From assembly GCA_964514725.1 (NCBI GenBank), contig CAZEUL010000004.1:66881-130880 (forward strand): a stretch of DNA of 64,000 nt. The letters run 5' to 3'. This DNA comes from an uncultured Rikenellaceae bacterium. GTDB lineage: Bacteria > Bacteroidota > Bacteroidia > Bacteroidales > VadinHA17. The notes under the pieces were generated by a model. It did no database searches. It had not been told where the DNA came from and worked only from the letters and a program-made list of their open reading frames with translations. A program made the position numbers and the translations under genes. Below, piece after piece: positions 20,544-28,799 of the stretch; position 1 is the first letter of the stretch, and each line of letters begins with the position of its first letter.

Positions 20544-21136
20544 CCCTTTTCAATTTGTCCATCTGGTTTTTTTAAATCCTTTCTTAAGTAAGGCTCGGCA
20601 GCCGGAACCCTTACTATCGCGTCAGAAGGACATATTCGTGCTATTGCACACTGGTTGCAATTAACACATAGGTTATGCATGATTTGAAGATATAAAGAGC
20701 CGTTCCCAAAATCAAAACATGCTTTTACACATTTCGAACAACCATCACACAGATCCTCATCAATTACGTATTCAAAATACGGTTCTTCAACAAACTTCCT
20801 TTTAATGGCTCCTACCGGACACAGCTGGTTTTCAGCCCCAGTGTCATAACGTTTTGCACCCTGTCGCAGATAACCCGGACAAAAATCACAATATCCGCAC
20901 ATTGGGTATGCATTTGTGCACTTTACAGCAGAAGGGGTCATGACACAGGCTGTCTTACATTGTTCACAACTTGTACATTTGTAAGGATCAATCTGCCAGA
21001 CATATCCTTTTATTTTGCTTCTGCTTGCAAGAATGGCAGGGATAGTTAATACCGGAACTGCCATTGCCAGCCTGCCTGCATTCTTAACAAAATCTCGTCT
21101 TGATTTTATCCTGCCTCCCTGATTCTCCATTTTCAT
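20540..21136 (-). CDS. Tat-exported multi-[4Fe-4S] ferredoxin of the NapG/NosG/MauM type
   Basis: The twin-arginine signal is SRRDFVKNAGRLAMA. Cluster motifs are CTSCEQCKTAC, CGYCDFCPG, CDGCSKCVKAC and CVNCNQCAIARICP. I place the start at MKMENQ (ATG at 21136), which overlaps the stop of the small upstream ORF as ATGA. Confidence 0.8.
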   Translation of the reverse strand: MKMENQGGRIKSRRDFVKNAGRLAMAVPVLTIPAILASRSKIKGYVWQIDPYKCTSCEQCKTACVMTPSAVKCTNAYPMCGYCDFCPGYLRQGAKRYDTGAENQLCPVGAIKRKFVEEPYFEYVIDEDLCDGCSKCVKACFDFGNGSLYLQIMHNLCVNCNQCAIARICPSDAIVRVPAAEPYLRKDLKKPDGQIEKG

Positions 21137-21306
21137 TCGGATAAGTAGGTTGAACAATCAGACCTGCCTGAACATATACCTCTTCCGGGGCATGTACCAC
21201 AATCAGCAGCTTTTGCCGCCCTCCTTCCAAGAAAAATTGCAAGACCTGTAATTAGAGTCAATAACAGGTAGCTGATTATTTTATTCAAGAATTCTGATCG
21301 TTTCAT
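21133..21306 (-). CDS. 57-aa Cys-rich single-pass membrane peptide (resembles FeoB-associated Cys-rich membrane proteins)
   Basis: Below the ORF-track size cutoff and found by manual translation: MKRSEFLNKIISYLLLTLITGLAIFLGRRAAKAADCGTCPGRGICSGRSDCSTYLSE*. It has one TM helix, a basic stretch and a tail with five cysteines. Its stop overlaps the ferredoxin start (ATGA). Confidence 0.55.
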   Translation of the reverse strand: MKRSEFLNKIISYLLLTLITGLAIFLGRRAAKAADCGTCPGRGICSGRSDCSTYLSE

Positions 21307-21375
21307 GTTTTATTTGAGTATACAATTTTACTTTTATCCTTCTTTTTCATTGTCATTTAAGCCACATATCTAATA

Positions 21376-22299
21376 TTATTTCTTTCTTTCAAATACGTAT
21401 ATTTTTGAATCTGAAGGATTTGCTGCATAAATAAGATTGTTGTTGAGAACTGCTATATCAAGCGGAACGGAGGCGGGAAATTCATTGGCGGAAGAAATCA
21501 ACTCAACGAATTTTCCACTGTCATCAATTTTCTTTATTCTGTTAATCCCCTTTTCAGCCGTGATAAAACCTCCTGGAATAATTGCAAAGTGAGCAGGATT
21601 ACAACAGCCACAGAAATTCTCAGGCTCACTTCCGGAATCACCGAAGGAGCTCAACAGTTTTCCATTGATATCCCGTTTTTCAATTTTCTTATAACCTGTA
21701 TTAGCTACATAAATGAAATTATCACCTGTTAATGCGACATCAAAATAACCACTTGGAATATTGAATGTTTTGTCCGATTTACCGATGATGCTTTTTATAA
21801 TTCCATCTTTATCAAGGACATATAATGCTTTATTCGCAGCATCAGCAAATACTATATAGGAAGTGCAGGAGGCAACTGATGTTATCAGCGCATTTTCTTC
21901 ATAAGGACCCCAATCATCAACTTTTTTCCCATTTATATCATAAACCATAATGTATGTACCCGTGGCTGCATATACATTGCCAACTGATGATGCCAATGCA
22001 GAAACAGGCTTTTCTGTATTGATTTCCCATCTCATCCTGAAATCATTATCATAACATATTATTCCGGTCTCTCCACCGGCAATGATTAAAGAATCCTCCG
22101 AAACAGCTATGGCATAGAGACTTCCAATTGAAGGTTTGAATGTTTTAATTACATTCCATGCAGGTGAGAGAGTATCATAGATGTCAGATGAGGTCTCTGT
22201 CTTTTTCAAGGTCTTTTTTAATGCCGAATCAACCACAATATATGCGGCAAATACCATAATTAAGACAATAATAGTTATAGTTGCCCACCTTTTATCCAT
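21376..22299 (-). CDS. membrane-anchored NHL-like six-bladed beta-propeller protein
   Basis: The N-terminal anchor is WATITIIVLIMVFAAYIVV. NHL-like repeats follow (IYVLDKDG, IYVANTGYKKIEKRDINGK, INRIKKIDDSGK, IYAANPSDSKIYVF). It also carries an unusual FCGCCNPAHF motif. Confidence 0.65.
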   Translation of the reverse strand: MDKRWATITIIVLIMVFAAYIVVDSALKKTLKKTETSSDIYDTLSPAWNVIKTFKPSIGSLYAIAVSEDSLIIAGGETGIICYDNDFRMRWEINTEKPVSALASSVGNVYAATGTYIMVYDINGKKVDDWGPYEENALITSVASCTSYIVFADAANKALYVLDKDGIIKSIIGKSDKTFNIPSGYFDVALTGDNFIYVANTGYKKIEKRDINGKLLSSFGDSGSEPENFCGCCNPAHFAIIPGGFITAEKGINRIKKIDDSGKFVELISSANEFPASVPLDIAVLNNNLIYAANPSDSKIYVFERKK

Positions 22300-22302
22300 A
22301 AC

Positions 22303-23766
22303 TTAATTATTTTTACCAATATCCAGACAAAGCATATTATGCGCATCTCTCAGAATCAGATATCTTCCTGCCAGGGCCATTGGACTCCATGCTTCAACAG
22401 CCTGCATGACCTTATGACTTGCAACCTGAACCGCCGTTGAATTCTCGATCCTGAAAAGGTAAAGTGTTCCTTCATCGTCAAGAAGAAAAAGCTTATTCCC
22501 TCTTACAATATACGGTCCCATTCCTTTGCCGTATCTGTTTTCTTTACCACTCGACCATACAGGTGTAATAAGGTCAGATGTCTTGTAACATGCGAGTTGT
22601 CTTTTCAAAGGACCTGCATTTTCAGGTAACACGATCCAGAGATTGCCGTTAAGAAGTATGGGAGTCTGCTGTTCACTTGCGATCCCGGCCGACGACTTGT
22701 GCTGCTCAGTTACTGTTGCTTTAAAACCTTGTCCTTCTTGAGTTATCTTAATTCTGGCTGCCCCTGCTCCGTAACTTCCGAATACCGCTATTTCACCATT
22801 GCCAAGATAAACAGGAGATGCTACGGTAATGGCCGGATTCCATTCATTAGTCGTCCATAGTATTCTGCCAGTATCGTCACCTTCAGCCGACACACCAATA
22901 ACTCCTCCCAGCGCAGCATATACATACATCTTCTTTCCGTAGATAGTCATTGGCATTATAGATGTATGGGACATTCTCAGTGAATCAGGATTAGGCGCCT
23001 TCCATAGAACTTCACCGGATGCGCAGTCAACCCCAATCATAATAGATTTTCCGCCTGGCGCAAATATTGCCACATTATTATCGATCAATGGACACTGGCC
23101 GCAATAGAATTCAGGGGTTATTTTGCCCTTTATTGTTCCCGGTATCCCGTATTCTTTTTCGAGATCAATTGACCAAAGAAGCTTTCCATCAAGTGGATCT
23201 GCACACATAACATGTGAACGTGGTCCGATAGTAATAATATACTTATCGGTTATGGCAGGAATGGTCCGTGAGTACCCGTGATTTCTCTTAAATTCCACAG
23301 TATACCATTTTCTCCAGAGCTCATTACCTGACTTAAGTGAAAAACATCTAAGCATATCTGCTTTTCTTTTCTCATTATAGTCAAGAATATAAACCCTTCC
23401 ATTCCTTACAGCAGGACCGGCATAACCCTCTCCAAGCGTTATCTTCCATAAAACCGGCGGCCCGGATGTATCCCAGCCTTCAGTTAATGGCGTCCTGTCC
23501 TTGCTTATATTGTCAAAATCCTCTCCTCTGAAACGCGGCCAGTCACCAGGCAAAATGTCCATCTCAATCGTACCAAGTGAATCAAAGTATTCACCAATGA
23601 TAACTGAATCTGATAATTGTTTTTGGGGAGGACGATCATCCATCCCCGGGACACGTTCAACAACTTTATAAGACGGAGTTGCAAAAATCCACCATAGAAA
23701 TGCTGCTATGAACAGAAAAGCCGTTACACTTAAGATCAATATGTTATTCTGCTTTAATGTCGGCAT
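22303..23766 (-). CDS. membrane-anchored PQQ-like beta-propeller protein
   Basis: The N-terminal anchor is ILILSVTAFLFIAAFLWWIF. WPRFRGEDFDN and propeller repeats follow. It contains the motif FYCGQCP. Confidence 0.8.
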   Translation of the reverse strand: MPTLKQNNILILSVTAFLFIAAFLWWIFATPSYKVVERVPGMDDRPPQKQLSDSVIIGEYFDSLGTIEMDILPGDWPRFRGEDFDNISKDRTPLTEGWDTSGPPVLWKITLGEGYAGPAVRNGRVYILDYNEKRKADMLRCFSLKSGNELWRKWYTVEFKRNHGYSRTIPAITDKYIITIGPRSHVMCADPLDGKLLWSIDLEKEYGIPGTIKGKITPEFYCGQCPLIDNNVAIFAPGGKSIMIGVDCASGEVLWKAPNPDSLRMSHTSIMPMTIYGKKMYVYAALGGVIGVSAEGDDTGRILWTTNEWNPAITVASPVYLGNGEIAVFGSYGAGAARIKITQEGQGFKATVTEQHKSSAGIASEQQTPILLNGNLWIVLPENAGPLKRQLACYKTSDLITPVWSSGKENRYGKGMGPYIVRGNKLFLLDDEGTLYLFRIENSTAVQVASHKVMQAVEAWSPMALAGRYLILRDAHNMLCLDIGKNN

Positions 23767-23827
23767 AGTGGTTTATCACTAACGTCCAAATTTATTATTT
23801 AAAACAGGACTAAAGCAAGAGTAATAA

Positions 23828-25081
23828 TCATTTGGCTTTTATATTATATACCGCCATATAATCTCCGTGTCTGAGAAACAATCTTCCTTTGTTAATTACC
23901 GGATGTGACCAGTATGGCCCTGAACCTTTTGTAATTCTGAAAGAGCTTATTATGTCAAGCTTTTCGCTGTTTGGTCTAACCAGCGCGACATTACCGTTCT
24001 TTTCCTCATATATGTATATTAAACCATCAGCTGAGACAATTGATCCCTTATTGTTCCAGTCGGTGATCCACATTGTTTTTCCTGTGGTCCAGTCAGCACA
24101 AACCCATCTCCCCTTAGAGTTATTGTCATGCGTAGAGCTGTAAATGTAATTCCCGATTAGGACCATTCCACCTACATGAGGATTTATATCAGGATTTTTC
24201 CAAACCAGTTCGGGATCTTTTCCATCAGCCATAATCCTGATCTTTGCTGATGTCTGTCCGTAACCATTTGCAGCAAAAATAAATCCATCCTTATAAATTG
24301 GGGTATGAATGTAATTTTTTCCACCTTTCTGATCGGCATTGACTGATCCGAAGTTAAATTTCCAAAGTATTCTCCCATTTGAGGCATTAACACCAATTAT
24401 CCATGTTGGAGTATGAGTCACGATTGTCTTTATTCCTTTATCCTCAATAAGCAGGGGATTCACATATTGTGAGCCTTCATTTAATGAAGGAGTCTCCCAA
24501 ACAACCTTCCCGTTATCAACATTGAAAGCGACCATTGCTGCAATATTGCCTCCGGGAGTAACAATCACCTTGTTGTCAAAAACCAGAGGTGATTCAGATA
24601 TGCCGAAACGGGGAACAGTTGCATTGTATTTCTTGTAATAATCTACCATCCATAGGATTTTACCTTCTGTTGAAATACATGAAAGTTCACCCATGCCGCT
24701 GACAACAAATAATTTGCCGTATGCAAATGTAGGAGTACAACGACTCTCCGGCGCACTGTTCACCTTCGACATATTCCCGTATTCAACATCCCACTTCTTT
24801 TTACCGTCCTGCGTAAAGGCGGTCAGCACATCCTTATCACCCCTTATGCCAGTGATATATACGGCATCATTTGTAACTGTGGCACTCGAATAACCCATAC
24901 CAATTCCGGTTGCTTCCCATATAAGTGCCGGCCCCCCTGCAGGCCATGATTTCAGTAATCCGGTCTCATTATAAATTCCTGTCCGCCCTGGCCCTCTCCA
25001 TCCTATTTCCTGACCTGATGAAGTGCCTGTTGACAAAAGAAATAAAACTGCAAATGAGAAAATAATATGACTGCTTTTCAT
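23828..25081 (-). CDS. PQQ-like beta-propeller protein, secreted; first gene of the operon
   Basis: The signal peptide is MKSSHIIFSFAVLFLLSTGTSSGQ. GWRGPGRTGIY and propeller repeats follow. A 390-nt AT-rich region lies upstream. Confidence 0.8.
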   Translation of the reverse strand: MKSSHIIFSFAVLFLLSTGTSSGQEIGWRGPGRTGIYNETGLLKSWPAGGPALIWEATGIGMGYSSATVTNDAVYITGIRGDKDVLTAFTQDGKKKWDVEYGNMSKVNSAPESRCTPTFAYGKLFVVSGMGELSCISTEGKILWMVDYYKKYNATVPRFGISESPLVFDNKVIVTPGGNIAAMVAFNVDNGKVVWETPSLNEGSQYVNPLLIEDKGIKTIVTHTPTWIIGVNASNGRILWKFNFGSVNADQKGGKNYIHTPIYKDGFIFAANGYGQTSAKIRIMADGKDPELVWKNPDINPHVGGMVLIGNYIYSSTHDNNSKGRWVCADWTTGKTMWITDWNNKGSIVSADGLIYIYEEKNGNVALVRPNSEKLDIISSFRITKGSGPYWSHPVINKGRLFLRHGDYMAVYNIKAK

Positions 25082-25379
25082 AGTGCGATTATTGATTTTT
25101 GATTAATAAATCTTGCAATATAAAAAAACAAAATTGACAATCTGCAAAAACTTAATATATACCATATTTAATGATGAGTATTTAATTTTTTTTAACATCT
25201 GTCCGACCTTCATAATAACTCCGGCTAAATATTATGACACCTCATTATACAAATTAATATTTTTCACAATTTATCGAATTTATCTTATATTTTGTAATTG
25301 TTACAATAAATATTCTATCATATTTTATATTTTTACAAATATTTTTTAATAATTTATTTTTGTATTTGATGTTATTTCT

Positions 25380-25387
25380 TAGCTTTG
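25380..25387 (+). promoter_or_regulatory. candidate Bacteroidota -7 promoter box (TAGCTTTG) for asnB
   Basis: Matches TAnnTTTG and lies 85 nt upstream of the asnB ATG in an AT-rich divergent intergenic region. Confidence 0.4.
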
Positions 25388-25471
25388 CAGGCTGTTTGTT
25401 TAATACAAATATGCTCAAGTATATCAAAAGTTTTATATTAAAAGCTATTCATTTAAAATGCAAAAAAGGTT

Positions 25472-27139
25472 ATGTGCGGAATAGTTGGAGTGTTTGACCT
25501 GAAGGTCAGCCATCTTGAATTGCGAACAGAAGTTCTTAAAATGTCTAAAAAAGTCAGGCATCGCGGACCGGACTGGTCGGGAATTTTTTATTGTGACAGA
25601 GCAATCCTTGCTCATGAGAGATTATCAATTGTCGATCCGCAATCCGGCAGGCAGCCGCTGTACAGCAAGGATGGCAACCTTATTCTGGCGGTCAATGGAG
25701 AAATTTATAACCACCAGGAAATAAGGCAGAAATATATGGGGTCTTATGAGTTTCTTACACAGTCTGATTGTGAAGTAATTCTGCCCCTTTACCGTGAAAA
25801 GGGACCTGCCTTTCTTGAAGATATGAACGGAATTTTTGCGTTTGCACTTTACGATAAGGAACACGACTGTTATCTGATTGCCCGTGATCACATAGGGATT
25901 GTGCCACTATATATGGGATGGGATAAGTCTGGAAACTTTTATGTTGCCTCTGAGCTCAAAGCTCTTGAGGGTGTATGCAACAAGATCCAGGAATTCCTCC
26001 CGGGACATTACCTTTACAGCAGGGAAGGAGTAATGAAGAAATGGTATTCACGCGACTGGATGAATTATGAAAACGTTGAGAACAATATAACTTCAATTAA
26101 TGACCTGAGAAATGCGCTTGAAGCATCAGTGCACAGGCAGCTAATGTCCGATGTCCCCTATGGAGTTCTGCTTTCGGGAGGTCTCGATTCATCTGTCATT
26201 TCAGCGGTAGCAAAAAAGTTTGCTCCTAGAAGAATTGAATCAGGTGATAAACTTGAAGCCTGGTGGCCTCAGTTGCATTCATTCGCTGTCGGACTTGCCG
26301 GATCACCTGACCTTGCAGCAGCAAAGAAAGTGGCTGACCACATAGGGACAGTGCATCATGAGATAAACTTTACTGTCGAAGAAGGAATTGACGCCATAAG
26401 GGATGTCATTTACCACATTGAAACTTATGATGTTACAACGGTCCGAGCCTCAACTCCAATGTACCTGATGGCAAGAGTAATCAAATCTATGGGCGTGAAA
26501 ATGGTCCTTTCGGGTGAAGGTGCCGATGAAGTATTCGGTGGCTATCTTTATTTCCATAAAGCCCCTGATCCAAAAGCTTTCCACGAAGAGACCGTAAGGA
26601 AACTTGACAAACTTCACCTTTATGATTGCCTTAGAGCAAACAAATCTCTTGCTGCATGGGGCGTTGAAGGCCGGGTACCATTCCTTGACAAGGAGTTCCT
26701 CGATGTGGCAATGAGACTTAACCCAAAAGACAAAATGGCAGGCTCGGGCCGTATCGAAAAATGGATTCTCCGGAAAGCTTTCGAGGACTATCTTCCTCAA
26801 AGTGTGGTATGGAGACAAAAGGAACAGTTTTCTGATGGCGTAGGTTATAACTGGATTGACACCCTGCGCACTCTTGCCTCAAAGGAAGTTTCGGATAATC
26901 AACTGGCAAATTCCAGATACCGGTTTCCGATAAATCCACCAATGTCAAAAGAAGAGTATTTTTACCGATCAATATTTACAGAACATTTCCCTTCAGATTC
27001 TGCTGCTGCATGTGTTCCTTCAGTTCCTTCGGTTGCCTGCAGTACCGCAGAAGCGCTCGCATGGGATGCATCTTTTAAAAATATGATAGATCCTTCGGGA
27101 AGAGCAGTTAAAAATGTCCATGTAAACTCTTATAAATAA
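25472..27139 (+). CDS. asnB: asparagine synthase B (glutamine-hydrolysing)
   Basis: 555 aa, colinear with E. coli AsnB (554 aa, recalled). It starts with MCGI (Cys2 nucleophile). Shared blocks are RHRGPDWSGI, LAHERLSIVD, AVNGEIYNH, the SGGLDSS PP-loop, WWPQLHSFAVGL, GTVHHEI.FTV.EG.DAIRDVIYHIETYDVTT and WRQKEQFSDGVGY. The C-terminus is DPSGRAV. Confidence 0.97.
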   Translation: MCGIVGVFDLKVSHLELRTEVLKMSKKVRHRGPDWSGIFYCDRAILAHERLSIVDPQSGRQPLYSKDGNLILAVNGEIYNHQEIRQKYMGSYEFLTQSDCEVILPLYREKGPAFLEDMNGIFAFALYDKEHDCYLIARDHIGIVPLYMGWDKSGNFYVASELKALEGVCNKIQEFLPGHYLYSREGVMKKWYSRDWMNYENVENNITSINDLRNALEASVHRQLMSDVPYGVLLSGGLDSSVISAVAKKFAPRRIESGDKLEAWWPQLHSFAVGLAGSPDLAAAKKVADHIGTVHHEINFTVEEGIDAIRDVIYHIETYDVTTVRASTPMYLMARVIKSMGVKMVLSGEGADEVFGGYLYFHKAPDPKAFHEETVRKLDKLHLYDCLRANKSLAAWGVEGRVPFLDKEFLDVAMRLNPKDKMAGSGRIEKWILRKAFEDYLPQSVVWRQKEQFSDGVGYNWIDTLRTLASKEVSDNQLANSRYRFPINPPMSKEEYFYRSIFTEHFPSDSAAACVPSVPSVACSTAEALAWDASFKNMIDPSGRAVKNVHVNSYK

Positions 27140-27157
27140 CAAAATATCCTTACTTTT

Positions 27158-27188
27158 AAGGTGCCGGATCACACACCTTAATTTTTTT
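27158..27188 (+). terminator. intrinsic terminator after asnB
   Basis: AAGGTG-ccggatcaca-CACCTT followed by aaTTTTTTT, 19 nt after the asnB stop. Confidence 0.6.
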
Positions 27189-27296
27189 AAGATGGAAAAG
27201 GATGAACTTGTTATTCTCAAGATTCTCATATATATAATTATTTTTCTTCTGTTTGGAATTATAATAATAACCTGATTCACATTTTACATTATCAGG

Positions 27297-28736
27297 ATGA
27301 AAAATGGTGTTCCAATTGCAATGTGTGCAGCCTCAATAGCTGTCCTCTCATGTTCACATGAAGGTGAAAAAAAACAGCCGAATATTGTGTTTATTCTGGC
27401 CGATGATTTGGGTTATGGCGATCTTAGCTGTTATGGACAACAGAGGTTCTCAACACCTAATATCGACAGACTTGCCCGACAGGGCATGATGTTTCGGCAG
27501 CATTATGCAGGATCTACAGTAAGCGCTCCCTCACGTTCATGTCTGATGACAGGATTGCATACCGGCCATACACCCATTCGCGGAAACAAAGAATGGGATC
27601 CTGAAGGACAATGGCCCTTGCCGGCTGAAGCAGTAACTCTTGCAGAAATGCTGAAATCGAAAGGATATGTAACAGGGGCCTTCGGAAAATGGGGACTTGG
27701 ATTTATTAATACAGAAGGAGATCCAAATTCGCAGGGATTTGATGAGTTTTTCGGATATAATTGCCAGCGTCTTGCCCATAACTATTATCCCGATCATCTG
27801 TGGCATAACCGGAATAAAATACTTCTGCATGAAAATGATTCAGGTAAGAAAGGAATCTACAGCCCCGATATAATTCACAGCAAAGCTCTGGAATTTATAA
27901 AAAGAAACCGGGACAAATCATTTTTTCTTTATTATCCCACAACACTTCCCCACGCTGAACTTTTTGCAAAAGAAGAATACATGGATCTCTTCCGCGGAAA
28001 ATTTGAACCTGAAAAGGTTTATAAGGGAACGGATAACGGCCCGGATTTCCGCCTTGGTCCTTACGGATCACAAACCGAATCTCATGCTGCCTTTGCTGCC
28101 ATGATAAAAGAACTTGATGACTACGTTGGCGAATTGATTAATCTCATTTCAGAGTTAGGACTCGAGAAAAATACTATCATCTTCTTTGCTTCTGATAACG
28201 GACCCCATCTCGAAGGAGGAGCCGACCCGGAATATTTCGATAGCAACGGCAATCTGAGAGGCTATAAACGAGACCTTTATGAAGGGGGAATACGAACACC
28301 TTTCATCGTAAAATGGCCCGGGAAAATCAGATCCGGCTCTGTATCAAACCATATTTCTGCATCTTGGGACATTTTACCTACAATCGCAGATATAACAGGT
28401 TGTCAGGCTCCTCCCAACGACGGGATTTCATTTCTGGCAGAATTAACTGGCAAAAACCAGAAAAAACATGATTTCTTATATTGGGAATTCCACGAGCAAG
28501 GAGGTAAAACTGCAATGAGAATGGACAATTGGAAAGTTTTAAAATTCAATACATTGCAAACATCGGACGGCCCGGTTGAAATGTATGACCTCTCAAAAGA
28601 TATCAGCGAATCTGCTAATGTCGCAGAATCAAACCCGGAGATATTAAAAAGAATGGAAGAACTGATGAAAAAGGCTCATTTACCCTCACCTGTCTTCCCT
28701 TTGGAATTTGAAAAACCACCGGAAAGTATCCGGTAG
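27297..28736 (+). CDS. sulfatase (S1 family, arylsulfatase-like), Ser-type, lipoprotein
   Basis: The lipobox is VLSC. The metal-binding start is NIVFILADDLGYGD and the formylglycine motif is S-A-P-S-R-SCLMTG (Ser codon at 27522-27524). The later GKWGLG and SDNGP blocks are present. Confidence 0.9.
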   Translation: MKNGVPIAMCAASIAVLSCSHEGEKKQPNIVFILADDLGYGDLSCYGQQRFSTPNIDRLARQGMMFRQHYAGSTVSAPSRSCLMTGLHTGHTPIRGNKEWDPEGQWPLPAEAVTLAEMLKSKGYVTGAFGKWGLGFINTEGDPNSQGFDEFFGYNCQRLAHNYYPDHLWHNRNKILLHENDSGKKGIYSPDIIHSKALEFIKRNRDKSFFLYYPTTLPHAELFAKEEYMDLFRGKFEPEKVYKGTDNGPDFRLGPYGSQTESHAAFAAMIKELDDYVGELINLISELGLEKNTIIFFASDNGPHLEGGADPEYFDSNGNLRGYKRDLYEGGIRTPFIVKWPGKIRSGSVSNHISASWDILPTIADITGCQAPPNDGISFLAELTGKNQKKHDFLYWEFHEQGGKTAMRMDNWKVLKFNTLQTSDGPVEMYDLSKDISESANVAESNPEILKRMEELMKKAHLPSPVFPLEFEKPPESIR

Positions 28737-28799
28737 GATTACTTTCTTAACTACCTTAACCCCTTGCTTCTCATAAAACCATTCAGAATCTACAAAATA

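Noticed and set aside
11131-25081. Identification of the propeller/ferredoxin/ABC operon as a nitrous-oxide reductase (nos) cluster
   Set aside because: No NosZ-like copper-site histidine clusters, NosD beta-helix, NosL or NosY-type permease are recognisable. The ABC permease is FtsX-type. Only the NapGH-like pair is shared with nos clusters.
25113-25349. 78-aa ORF in the intergenic region between the propeller operon and asnB
   Set aside because: It lies in extremely AT-rich divergent promoter DNA. The product is Ile/Tyr/Phe/Asn low-complexity sequence without any motif.
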